This document shows positions 39,992-49,280 of a stretch of 64,000 bases of DNA, in pieces. The DNA is taken from the IMG/VR virus record IMGVR_UViG_3300044922_000290, positions 1-64,000 of that record; one strand, written 5' to 3'. The translations under genes were made by a program, and so were the position numbers. The notes under the pieces are model-generated. The model had not been told where the DNA came from. It searched no databases and saw only the letters and a program-made list of their open reading frames with translations. Origin of the DNA: a virus. The stretch's first letter is position 1; each line of letters starts with the position of its first letter.

Positions 39992-40432
39992 TTAAAGGGT
40001 TAGTTTTATCCAGTTATACTCAATCATTTTTTCTACTGATAAGCCCATAAATGGTAAGGCGTAACCTTTAGAGCGTAGGTAAGAGCTTACCCATTCACCT
40101 GTTCCTGCTCCAAAACCACAGTATCCGCCTTTTAAATATAAGCATGAAAGAGCACAATCTTTGCCTTGTTTTATTTCATCTTGTATTTTTAATTTATAAT
40201 GATTATGATGACCTTCGTTGTATAAAACTTTTCTATATACAGCAATAGCATCCTTATGTGTTATTGATGAAAGGGGCTTTAATTCCAAATAATCAGTTTG
40301 TAACTTTTCTTTAGGGGTAAAATCATCAAAGCCAACATGTAGTTTAGGCTCGTTTGATTTTCTTATGCAAAGGACTTTCTGACCATAATACAGGGCAAAA
40401 AAACGGGCTTTGTTATCTAAGGTGTTCTCCAT
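39992..40432 (-). CDS. Hypothetical phage protein
   Basis: LELKPLSSIT...YLRSKGYALPFMGLSVE pattern. Confidence 0.6.
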   Translation of the reverse strand: MENTLDNKARFFALYYGQKVLCIRKSNEPKLHVGFDDFTPKEKLQTDYLELKPLSSITHKDAIAVYRKVLYNEGHHNHYKLKIQDEIKQGKDCALSCLYLKGGYCGFGAGTGEWVSSYLRSKGYALPFMGLSVEKMIEYNWIKLTL

Positions 40433-40435
40433 CTT

Positions 40436-40729
40436 TTAAAGGGTTATTCCGCAATCTTGCAGGGTTAAACGTATTCTAACCATAGCTGCTGGCGGTGGAG
40501 GATTTTTTGTTTCTTTAGTTTTATTGTATATTTCTTTTAAAAGTTCAGCTAACCTCTCCTTATCGGAATTGGCTTTTGCTAACTGGGTTGTTAGGTCTGC
40601 TGTTTGTTGGGTAGCGTAGGTTACCATAGCCTTAATAGTTCCCTTATACACAAGACCTTGTTTGCTAATTATATTAGACACACCTTTGTGTTTAAAGTTT
40701 TCGTCTAATACTTCTTTTGCTGTTTTCAT
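40436..40729 (-). CDS. Hypothetical protein
   Basis: ORF in operon. Confidence 0.5.
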   Translation of the reverse strand: MKTAKEVLDENFKHKGVSNIISKQGLVYKGTIKAMVTYATQQTADLTTQLAKANSDKERLAELLKEIYNKTKETKNPPPPAAMVRIRLTLQDCGITL

Positions 40730-40747
40730 TCTATTTGTTGTGTTTGG

Positions 40748-41044
40748 TTAAAGATTTTTTTCTATTGCTTTATCAATAATATCATTAAGTGTTTTTATCT
40801 GCTCTTTCAACTCCTCATTCTCCTTTTGATACTTTTCAATAGTAAATATCTGGGCTTCGTTTACTTCTTTTAACAAGGTGTTTTCCTCTTTAAGGGCTTG
40901 GTAATTGTTGCAAGCGGTTACTATAAATTCAGCCGTTTCTGTTTCAAATGTTTCAATAATAAAATTATCATTAATATCACAAATGCTACATTCATTTTTT
41001 TCGCTTATTCTCAAAGGTAATTTTAGTGTGTGTTTATTCTCCAT
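40748..41044 (-). CDS. Hypothetical coiled-coil protein
   Basis: AEFIVTACNNY followed by a coiled coil. Confidence 0.55.
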   Translation of the reverse strand: MENKHTLKLPLRISEKNECSICDINDNFIIETFETETAEFIVTACNNYQALKEENTLLKEVNEAQIFTIEKYQKENEELKEQIKTLNDIIDKAIEKNL

Positions 41045-41080
41045 TGTTAGTGTTGTTACTTGGTTTTAGATAGTTTGTGT

Positions 41081-41272
41081 TTAAAGTAATAAATATAATA
41101 CTATTATTCCTAATAATATTACTAATATTACTAATCTTTTAGCTTCTTTCTTATGTTTCAATAAGTATCTTTCAGCTTTATATCCTTGAGAATTTAAACT
41201 CATAGAATGAAACCATACTCCTCTTATTATAATGTAACATATAATAGCTGTTATTATTAATAGTAATTTCAT
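41081..41272 (-). CDS. Small two-TM membrane protein
   Basis: Start reassigned to MKLLLII because the upstream extension is hairpin-rich, apparently non-coding sequence. Confidence 0.5.
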   Translation of the reverse strand: MKLLLIITAIICYIIIRGVWFHSMSLNSQGYKAERYLLKHKKEAKRLVILVILLGIIVLYLLL

Positions 41273-41461
41273 AATTCTTTTATAAAAAACTTCTATAGTA
41301 CATCTTATAGAAGTTATTGATAATTCCAGTTTCACATAAGGAATTATTAAACAGGTTAAAGAACTGTCAATATGCACCCTGTTTTAATGCTCAAAGATAA
41401 AACTGGGTTGGGTTAGTAAGAAATAAAATTCTTAGTGTTGCAGTTTTTCTTTGATTATTAG

Positions 41462-41535
41462 TCTCCCTGACAAGATTCTAACTTGTGACTTTCCCATTAG
41501 AAGTGGGATACTCTATACAGCTGAGTTACAGGGAG
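41462..41535 (-). tRNA. tRNA-Arg (UCU)
   Basis: Minus strand CTCCCTG TA ACTC AGCTGTATA GAGT A TCCCA CT-TCT-AA TGGGA AAGTC ACAAG TTAGAAT CTTGT CAGGGAG A. All four stems pair perfectly; no encoded CCA. Confidence 0.92.
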
Positions 41536-41549
41536 ATATATAATATTAC

Positions 41550-42113
41550 TTAAAGTATCTCTTTAATAAGAGAATCCAATTGTACTTCAATATCTTTTCC
41601 AAAGATAAGTGTTTTATTTGCTTTTATCAAATCTAAATCGTATTCTGAAAGATTATTATCAGTTAAAGGATTAGTAATTTCTACTACTATTAATTCATCT
41701 TCACAATCATTATCTATACAATTAGCCAAAGCAAAATGTTCACTATCAAATCTTAAATCAGATACAATCACAAAAGAAGGTTTAGTTTCCCAAATATCTC
41801 CTGTACTTACTTGAAAATCATAATCTTTAATTTTCTTTACAAGCTCTTCAGCAAAAACATTAGTACTAAATGCAGATTTTATAGCATCAGCAGTAGTTTC
41901 TAATAAATTTCTACCAACTTCTTTTTCATCTCTATTCTCCCAATTAAGAGGAGATTTTTTAGGAAAAAATGCTTTATCTACTATCTTCTTCAAAGGTTCA
42001 GCAAAAGATAATACTTTATTACTAATACCTTTTTCATCTAATTTCTTAGCCAACATAGCTGCTACTGTGGATTTACCTGAGCCATTTTTGCCTTTTAGTG
42101 CTATTATTTTCAT
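41550..42113 (-). CDS. Deoxynucleoside monophosphate kinase-like protein
   Basis: GKNGSGKST, SFAEPLK and VSDLRF motifs. Confidence 0.8.
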   Translation of the reverse strand: MKIIALKGKNGSGKSTVAAMLAKKLDEKGISNKVLSFAEPLKKIVDKAFFPKKSPLNWENRDEKEVGRNLLETTADAIKSAFSTNVFAEELVKKIKDYDFQVSTGDIWETKPSFVIVSDLRFDSEHFALANCIDNDCEDELIVVEITNPLTDNNLSEYDLDLIKANKTLIFGKDIEVQLDSLIKEIL

Positions 42114-42304
42114 GCTTCTGTATCTAAATTAGTTACATATTTTACAGGAACTTTCTGTACTATGTTAATTACACCTTTAAGATATACATAATGCCCATAT
42201 AATTCAGCTCTATGTTCATCAGTAATTACTTCTTTCAACTCTCTGTTTAATAGAACTTGTAACTTTTTATGTAATTGTCTTTTATACCTAGTAAGTTTGT
42301 CCAT
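42110..42304 (-). CDS. Hypothetical protein
   Basis: ORF in operon. Confidence 0.5.
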   Translation of the reverse strand: MDKLTRYKRQLHKKLQVLLNRELKEVITDEHRAELYGHYVYLKGVINIVQKVPVKYVTNLDTEA

Positions 42305-42420
42305 AATAATAGTATAAAAAGCAAGCCAAGTACCATCTAATCAGTTAAATACCTACAGTGTGCAGTAACTGTTTTTGTTAGTAAATAATTTCTCAGCTTG
42401 GCTTGCTTTATAGTTTTTAA

Positions 42421-42804
42421 TTAAGCTTTCTTTTCAGCAGGAACTGAATAAATTGCTGCTTCGTCAGCCTTAAACTCTGCAATTTCTTCTTGCAAAGCTG
42501 CAATTTGGTTTTCATAACCCAAGATTACATTACGTTTAGCACGTACTTGTTTTAGGTAAGTAACACAATAGCTTTCTGCACCTTCTGTAGTGTTTACACT
42601 ATCAGGATTTACATTAAGGATTGTTTCGTTAAGATCTTCTTTGGCATCAACAATCTTTTCTTCAAGAGTTTCAATTTGATCCTCACGCATAGAAATTTGT
42701 TTAGCCAGATGTTTATCTAACTTACCTTCAAAACGAGTTAGTTTTGCTTCATCACCGCCTTTAAGAAAGGCTAATACACGGTCTTTTAAATTTGACTTTT
42801 TCAT
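42421..42804 (-). CDS. Hypothetical coiled-coil protein
   Basis: 127-aa helical ORF. Confidence 0.65.
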   Translation of the reverse strand: MKKSNLKDRVLAFLKGGDEAKLTRFEGKLDKHLAKQISMREDQIETLEEKIVDAKEDLNETILNVNPDSVNTTEGAESYCVTYLKQVRAKRNVILGYENQIAALQEEIAEFKADEAAIYSVPAEKKA

Positions 42805-42814
42805 TGTTTGTTGT

Positions 42815-44743
42815 TTATAAATTGATTATTGATTTCTTTTTGTACTTTTTAACTATTGGTAAATCTAATTGTTGATTAATTGGTTTAGCTAAATACTCTA
42901 CTTCACTAAACTGATACTTTTGCTTTTTAGGCTCTACAAAAGTAAAACAATCTTCTGGAACTAAAGGATATTTATCTACAAATTCTTGTTTAGGAGAACT
43001 TATAATTTCTGCATACTTTCCATTTGCATAAAGAAATCCTGGAGTTTGCCCAGTTCCTACTTCTTGGTTAGAATACTTCTGTATTTCTCCTTGTAAAGTA
43101 CATTCTCCATAAGTAGCTTCTCCATGATGACTTAAAGGTATTACAGTATCTCCTTCTTTGTAACGAAGCCTACAATAATGTAATATTCTATCTATACTTG
43201 CAGTAGAACTAGGTTCACTTGGTTGTAAATGTTTATCTGGTAAAGGTACATTATAACCTTGAACTTTAGCTATTTCTTCTGGAGTTGCTTTACGCAGGTC
43301 TTTTATTTCTATCCAACCATTTCCATCGTATTTAAGCTCTCTATTAAACATACGAACTGCTATACTACCATCAAGAGTTTCAATCTGATAAGCTTCACCA
43401 ATATTTCTATCATGGCTAGTATTATCATTTAATGGTACAACCCAATCTCCTACTTTAAATTCTTCTGAAGTATTAGTTTTAGGTTCTGATACTATTTCTG
43501 CCCATTTACTCAACTTTTTATCATAAAGTACTCTTTCATAGTTAGTATTTCCATATTTACTATTAGTTGAGTGGGATTGTTGCTTATCTGTATAAGCAAT
43601 TATATCTCCATCTTTATCAGCTTTAATGTAAAAGTGATTTGTAACTACACAATACATGTCATCATCCAACTTTATTTGTACATGAGCAGGAATAAACTTA
43701 GTACCTATTGGATAACGTTGTTTAGCTTGAGAAATTAAATCTTCTTCAATAGACTCTTCTTTAACTTCTTGTTTATAACCTATTAAAGTACATAATTCTG
43801 ATAAAGATAGTTGTTTTTCAGCACCCTGTTTATTATTATCTACACCAAAAGATTGTTCTAGCCCTTTAGTACCATCTTCAATGAAAAAATACTGGTTACT
43901 TTCAAAACTTTGATAAGTATTATCTGTAATAGTTCTCCATGTGCGAGGTAAAGATATATTCTTATTACACCATTCTTTTAGTTTATTAAATATATCCTCT
44001 GTAAAATCAGGTTCATATTTAACATAAAAAGAATGTTTTTCTTTAACTTCATTAGGATTAAATCCAACAGGCATTACTTCAAACTTAGGTAAATGAACTA
44101 CTTCAATACCAAATCCCGTATGATTATCTCTAACTCTAGTTACATCGTATGTATTACCCTGATGATTATACTTAGTTATAAGTAAATATTCTCCTATATC
44201 CATACCTATACATACAGGATTATTAACTAAAGCTTTCAAGTACCTACCAACTAAAGTTTCTTTAGGATTTTGTTGAGCATCAAATGAAGTTTTATCAGAG
44301 ATTTTATAATCAGTACATAAACTTCCTGAATTTCCATCAAATGTAATAGAAGCAATAGAACCTTGAAAACCTTTTAATTTAAGTCTTTCTGTTTTAGGAT
44401 TATAGCTTTCTACTTCATATATTTTACCTACAACATTAAAATCATTAACAGATAAATCAGTATTAGAACCTTTAATACATTCTACATATTCTGGAATAAC
44501 TTCATATACATTTAAATCAAATTTGCCATCATCTCCTATTCTATAATAATTAGTACTAATATAGGCACCATCTGCTTTTATCCAATTTACTTGCACCCAA
44601 AGATATTTAGGTGTAGTAGGAAAATGAGTTTCATTATCAACAATTACACCATACTCAGCACCTATTCCCTGACCTGCAAATTGAGAATCTTTATCTAATA
44701 ATACTTTTAAGCCTACTACGGCATTTTCTTTTGTTACTTTCAT
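42815..44743 (-). CDS. Multi-module hypothetical protein
   Basis: 642 aa made of short beta-rich modules (QRYPIGTKF...WAEIVS; LRYKEGDTV...YAEIIS; FKVGDWV...RKATPEEI). Confidence 0.7.
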   Translation of the reverse strand: MKVTKENAVVGLKVLLDKDSQFAGQGIGAEYGVIVDNETHFPTTPKYLWVQVNWIKADGAYISTNYYRIGDDGKFDLNVYEVIPEYVECIKGSNTDLSVNDFNVVGKIYEVESYNPKTERLKLKGFQGSIASITFDGNSGSLCTDYKISDKTSFDAQQNPKETLVGRYLKALVNNPVCIGMDIGEYLLITKYNHQGNTYDVTRVRDNHTGFGIEVVHLPKFEVMPVGFNPNEVKEKHSFYVKYEPDFTEDIFNKLKEWCNKNISLPRTWRTITDNTYQSFESNQYFFIEDGTKGLEQSFGVDNNKQGAEKQLSLSELCTLIGYKQEVKEESIEEDLISQAKQRYPIGTKFIPAHVQIKLDDDMYCVVTNHFYIKADKDGDIIAYTDKQQSHSTNSKYGNTNYERVLYDKKLSKWAEIVSEPKTNTSEEFKVGDWVVPLNDNTSHDRNIGEAYQIETLDGSIAVRMFNRELKYDGNGWIEIKDLRKATPEEIAKVQGYNVPLPDKHLQPSEPSSTASIDRILHYCRLRYKEGDTVIPLSHHGEATYGECTLQGEIQKYSNQEVGTGQTPGFLYANGKYAEIISSPKQEFVDKYPLVPEDCFTFVEPKKQKYQFSEVEYLAKPINQQLDLPIVKKYKKKSIINL

Positions 44744-44828
44744 AGTCTTGTTATAAAAATAAACCTCTCTAAAAATTCTTCATCCGCATAAAGAACCAAA
44801 CTTGAGGTTTGTATAGTTTAAATTATAA

Positions 44829-45377
44829 TTACGCTTCTTGCAAGCCTAATGCTTCTACTGATGTAGATTCAGCACGTAGGAATGTATGAGAAGGTTTACC
44901 AAATACAAGAGAAGTATGACGGTAAACTTCTTTACCATTAGCCATTACTACTTCACCTGTAGAAGGATTAATCTTTGGGTCAATAGTAAGAGGTTCACCT
45001 GCTGCATTACGAGCAATAATAGAACCATTCATACGGTAAGGAGAGTTATTCTCTGTACACTGAATGTTTACTTCAACAGGAGCACCTGCTAGTTTAGCAT
45101 ACAAATCTTCAGCAAACAAAACTTCGTCTTTCTCAATGTAATCTTGTACTTTAACACCTGCTGAATAAGCTACACCTGATTTAGCAGATATAACTACAGT
45201 TAGTTTTTGGGTGTTTTTAATACCTTGCAATAACAGAGATGGATTTACCGCCTCAGAGTTATTTTGGATTTGTTGTACTAATTGGATACCAAGTTGATTC
45301 TTTGTAGAACCTTCATTTACCCATACTTTACGAATTAATGCTTTGCCTGTTGCTAAAGCTGTTTCAAAATTTGTCAT
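44829..45377 (-). CDS. Conserved hypothetical early protein
   Basis: 182-aa ORF with PKINPSTGEV...GKEVYRHT motif. Confidence 0.65.
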   Translation of the reverse strand: MTNFETALATGKALIRKVWVNEGSTKNQLGIQLVQQIQNNSEAVNPSLLLQGIKNTQKLTVVISAKSGVAYSAGVKVQDYIEKDEVLFAEDLYAKLAGAPVEVNIQCTENNSPYRMNGSIIARNAAGEPLTIDPKINPSTGEVVMANGKEVYRHTSLVFGKPSHTFLRAESTSVEALGLQEA

Positions 45378-45485
45378 AAAAATAAAAATTAAAATATAAA
45401 AAATTGTTCAACTGCTATTCAATATCCAGCAGTCCATATACTTGAGTTATTACGTTACACAAGTTTTAACGTACTTTAGCTTTAC

Positions 45486-45845
45486 TTAATCCTCTGCTAC
45501 AATAGCTTTTTTCTGAGATAGGATAAGTTTTTCAGCTAATTTTGTTGTTTCCTTAACTGTAAAGTCAGGATTAATAAGAAATAATATATCTTTCTTTTCA
45601 GCAAGACTATTATCTTTAAAGAGTAAAGAAAAGAACAATCTGTCTATGGATTGATTCCTAAAGGCTTTTTCATTCTCCAGGATAGAACGCCATTCAGAAC
45701 CTAATAAACTTCCATAGTACTTGTCATCAACTAAAAATCTTGTTAGTAATCGTTCTATTTCCGAATTTAGTAAGAATCTTACAGGCACAAACTTTCCATT
45801 AGCATCTAGCCAACAGAGTTTTCTATCATTAGAGTGGTTTCTCAT
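45486..45845 (-). CDS. Hypothetical protein
   Basis: ORF coupled to the ParB-like gene. Confidence 0.55.
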   Translation of the reverse strand: MRNHSNDRKLCWLDANGKFVPVRFLLNSEIERLLTRFLVDDKYYGSLLGSEWRSILENEKAFRNQSIDRLFFSLLFKDNSLAEKKDILFLINPDFTVKETTKLAEKLILSQKKAIVAED

Positions 45846-46606
45846 AGTAGTTGTTTAAATGTTGTTTCTAAAGCACCAGGTTCTTGTGTTGCAAATACAA
45901 ATGAATCTTTAATCTTCAATAGCTTTGCCAAGAACTTAGTGTGGTCATATTTACTACCAACTTTAGATAAGAAATTAAGATACTCTGAACAAGCATATTT
46001 ATTTTCTGACCTGTTCATGCGAGGTAAGATTTTAAATACATCAGTAAGATAATCTAATTTCTTCTTGGCTCCCGCTTCATCGTAAATAGTAAAAGTACCA
46101 TCTTTAATGTATTTTGAGATAGAAGAGCCACCTGCACTAACATTAATAGTCCTATCAGATAGTATAGAAGCTATAATAGATAATTCAAAATCGTAGATTT
46201 CAAAATACCTATTAAGTTTCTTGTAATCATCTTTTATTGAAGCCCAAGAAGTAATAAAATCTAATAGACACCAAGATTTACTACTTGCATTTAGCGAAGC
46301 AATCTTTTCTATTAATTCTTGTTGGTTTTTTATTGCAATAAAAGTACAAGGAATGTCTATACCAAGACGTAAACAAGCAGTATAAAGATGTTGTCCATCA
46401 ATAATGTAAAGCTTTTCTATACCATCAATAAATGATATTTTAGCTACTACAACAGGACGTATAATTTTACCTATTCTCATAATAGCATTAGCTATTTTAG
46501 TAACATGGCCAGGGCCTACAGCTCTGTTTATACCTGCTAAAAAATGTAGTCCCTTTTTACTTGTTGGTTTAAGAATCAGGTCTACGGTTAAAGGTAGTAT
46601 GTTCAT
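45842..46606 (-). CDS. ParB/Srx N-terminal-like domain protein
   Basis: NRAV...HV..I, PVVV, YIIDGQHLYTAC and LN...KSW match the ParB-like fold. Confidence 0.7.
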   Translation of the reverse strand: MNILPLTVDLILKPTSKKGLHFLAGINRAVGPGHVTKIANAIMRIGKIIRPVVVAKISFIDGIEKLYIIDGQHLYTACLRLGIDIPCTFIAIKNQQELIEKIASLNASSKSWCLLDFITSWASIKDDYKKLNRYFEIYDFELSIIASILSDRTINVSAGGSSISKYIKDGTFTIYDEAGAKKKLDYLTDVFKILPRMNRSENKYACSEYLNFLSKVGSKYDHTKFLAKLLKIKDSFVFATQEPGALETTFKQLL

Positions 46607-46860
46607 TATAATGTAGTTATAAAAACATTAAACCTTGGTTTTGATTTAGCCAAATCAGCTAACAGCTGTAATTGGTTAGATTTGTAGTTAGCATTTAACT
46701 TTGCTAGCTTATGGTGCAGTTTCTCTAACTTTAACTCTGCTTTTTCAGCAGTAGTCTTAGTAAAGTCTACAGATGTAACAGGTGGATGCCATAGTTCGTG
46801 CTCTATCATCCATTGAGCTGACCAACTCTTGATTGGTTCTACTTTGTTTTTATGGTTCAT
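46606..46860 (-). CDS. Hypothetical protein
   Basis: ORF in operon. Confidence 0.5.
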   Translation of the reverse strand: MNHKNKVEPIKSWSAQWMIEHELWHPPVTSVDFTKTTAEKAELKLEKLHHKLAKLNANYKSNQLQLLADLAKSKPRFNVFITTL

Positions 46861-47144
46861 TTTGTTTTGTTTATTAAGTGTTTAATAAATTTTATTCTTG
46901 GAGCTTTAACATCCATTGGCCACCAATATCCTCTTTTATACCTATATTTATTTTTAAATATAAATAATGTATTTTTAAATAATTTGGGCCTTTCTGAATT
47001 AAAATGGTTTAATAAAGCATAGTATTCTTCCATTGTTATTTTACTAAACCATTTTAAATCTATTATAGCGCAACAAATACCAGAATGATCATTTGTTTCA
47101 AATTCTATTAAAAGTAATTTGTACAATTCGTTTAAAGTTTTCAT
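46857..47144 (-). CDS. Hypothetical phage protein
   Basis: GICCAI...YWWP...RIKFI pattern. Confidence 0.55.
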   Translation of the reverse strand: MKTLNELYKLLLIEFETNDHSGICCAIIDLKWFSKITMEEYYALLNHFNSERPKLFKNTLFIFKNKYRYKRGYWWPMDVKAPRIKFIKHLINKTK

Positions 47145-47355
47145 ATTGTTTAAATAAAAATGGGTACTTGGCTACACTCTAAACAAACATAGCCTTTCCC
47201 CATAATGTTAATAAGTAAAAGTGACAATGTATTTATCACCTTCATATCGTAGTTTGTTGATTACAGCACCATATAGCTTTTGTAATCTGTCCATAAATGG
47301 TTTAAGTGTAGACCATTTGTCAAAATAGAGTGTTCTTTTTTTCATTGTTGTTTAT

Positions 47356-47544
47356 TTAGTAATAATTAGTTACACGATAAGCTACAGTTCTGTTTAACTT
47401 AGCTTTAGCTTTAATTCTACTAAGTATATTCATCTGTTCTGTAACAGTAATATACTTTCTGGCTTCTAATACTCTTTCAAGTAGTTTTTTATTAACCCCC
47501 TGATGTATTATATCCATTCCTGTATTATCATTTAGTTTTAACAT
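47356..47544 (-). CDS. Hypothetical protein
   Basis: Small ORF. Confidence 0.4.
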   Translation of the reverse strand: MLKLNDNTGMDIIHQGVNKKLLERVLEARKYITVTEQMNILSRIKAKAKLNRTVAYRVTNYY

Positions 47545-47749
47545 AAACTGTATCTATTTTTTGTTCAAATTTAGTGTACTTAATAAGTTCTCTAAGAATA
47601 GTTGGGTAATTTAATCCTGTTACTACCAAAGATGGGCTAATAACAACTATTACAAAGAGAATTATTTTAAATGTCCAAACATATTATCTTCATTACTTTC
47701 AGGGTGTTTATAATTACCTGAACCTTCTATTTTTATCATAATTAATAAG

Positions 47750-48004
47750 TTAACCTATTATTCTTCTAATAGGTATAAAGTATGAAGAAGATTCTCCTAA
47801 TATAGCCTCTTCTTGAAACCACTCCTCTTCCATATAAGTTTGAGATTCAGGCCATTCTACTAAAGAATAACCATTTTGAGCAGTTTCTATAAATAAATTA
47901 ACATTATCTAAAGTTTCTTTATCTTCAGGGTTATTTTTATCTAATCCTAATTCATCTATTCCTTGTCCTATTACTTCTATTGTATCTTCTAATTTTGTTT
48001 GCAT
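47750..48004 (-). CDS. Acidic hypothetical protein
   Basis: VEWPESQTYMEEEWF...SSYFIP pattern. Confidence 0.6.
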   Translation of the reverse strand: MQTKLEDTIEVIGQGIDELGLDKNNPEDKETLDNVNLFIETAQNGYSLVEWPESQTYMEEEWFQEEAILGESSSYFIPIRRIIG

Positions 48005-48373
48005 GTTGTCGTTATTTAATAAGTATAATTAGGTGGTAAAGTAAACTCTGCTGGATTAGTATAATAAGCATATATATCTCCATCACTTTTTGGTTTAGGA
48101 AAATTAGCTCTACCAGTATTTGTTAAAATATTATACCACCAATCTAATGCTTTTTTCATAGTTGTATTATTTAATAAGTTAAAAACTATACTGAACAGTT
48201 TGTGGGTTTTCTGCGTATTTCCATACTAACCATCCATTAACTGTTTTGCGGTTATCTATCAGTATAGTTTATTGTTTAGGTCGAGGCCAACAATATTTAA
48301 AGTATTTTAACAGCAATATATAGTAATACTATAATTACTCCTATTATTTTCATTGAAATATTTGTTTTCATAG

Positions 48374-48592
48374 TTATATTAAATTTAATACTGGTGTAAT
48401 ACTATCACATACTTTTTTACCTAAAGGAGTTATGTAATAATATATATTTTCAGAATCAGTTCTATCAATAAATTCTTTTTCTTTTAAATATACTATTATA
48501 TTTGAATCAAATTTATCTCTTATTTGAACTGTATTGTATTTATGTCCTTTATTTTTTATAAATAATAAGGCTAAAAATTGTTCTTCATTCAT
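48374..48592 (-). CDS. Small winged-helix-like protein
   Basis: YLKEKEFI...YYITPLGK wing motif. Confidence 0.5.
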   Translation of the reverse strand: MNEEQFLALLFIKNKGHKYNTVQIRDKFDSNIIVYLKEKEFIDRTDSENIYYYITPLGKKVCDSITPVLNLI

Positions 48593-48630
48593 AGTTAATA
48601 AGTTTATTTAAATCTTAAAAGCCATTTTAA

Positions 48631-48855
48631 CTAAAAATATGAATTTACTACTAAAAATCCTATAAATTCATAATTATCTCCAGTAGTCTCTGCTTCAACA
48701 GTATAATTATTAGTAACTGATAAAGTTTGATAATGTTGATAAATCCATTTTTTAATAGAATCTTCAGTAAATTCTATATTAATTGTAAGCTCTTCAGTAA
48801 AATTAAATTTACCTCTAGGCTTATAGAATGTTATTTTTAGTTTAAATTCCTTCAT
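48631..48855 (-). CDS. Hypothetical protein
   Basis: Small ORF. Confidence 0.5.
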   Translation of the reverse strand: MKEFKLKITFYKPRGKFNFTEELTINIEFTEDSIKKWIYQHYQTLSVTNNYTVEAETTGDNYEFIGFLVVNSYF

Positions 48856-48880
48856 AATAATAGTCTTTGAGGTTTGAATG

Positions 48881-49084
48881 TTATTTGTCTATTACTTGTT
48901 CATAATAATCAGCTGCTACTATTCCTGATGTCCACCAACCTATTAATACAGTATAAGCGTAGAACCAATTAGGGTCAGTAATAACTGATTGATAGTTAAA
49001 CCATAACATACCAAATAATGATAGTATGAAGAATAAAGCTGCAAATACAGCTATAAAGATAATGAATAAGATGAAGTATTTCAC
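48881..49084 (-). CDS. Small two-TM membrane protein
   Basis: Probable GTG start at 49084 after an A-rich leader; two hydrophobic helices. Confidence 0.5.
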   Translation of the reverse strand: MKYFILFIIFIAVFAALFFILSLFGMLWFNYQSVITDPNWFYAYTVLIGWWTSGIVAADYYEQVIDK

Positions 49085-49280
49085 GTTGTTTGTTTTTAGA
49101 GTTAATAAAAATAAAGTATCTGTGCTATTATTCATAGTATGAACCTATACACCAAGTTTCCTGATACTTTATGCATTAATGTTCGCCATTTATGCTTAAC
49201 GGTCTGTAACCTTTAGATTCTCCAAAGGTAGTGTTTCTAATGTATGTTATATAACAGACTTTCCATATACATTAGCTAGA

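Noticed and set aside
41400-41461. Theta/HDV-like ribozyme directly after the tRNA
   Set aside because: The trailer is A-rich, has no G at the expected cleavage position and shows no nested double pseudoknot.
48183-48270. Hammerhead ribozyme (CUGAUAGA resembles CUGANGA)
   Set aside because: No correctly placed GAAA after the putative stem II, and CUGA is part of the closing stem.
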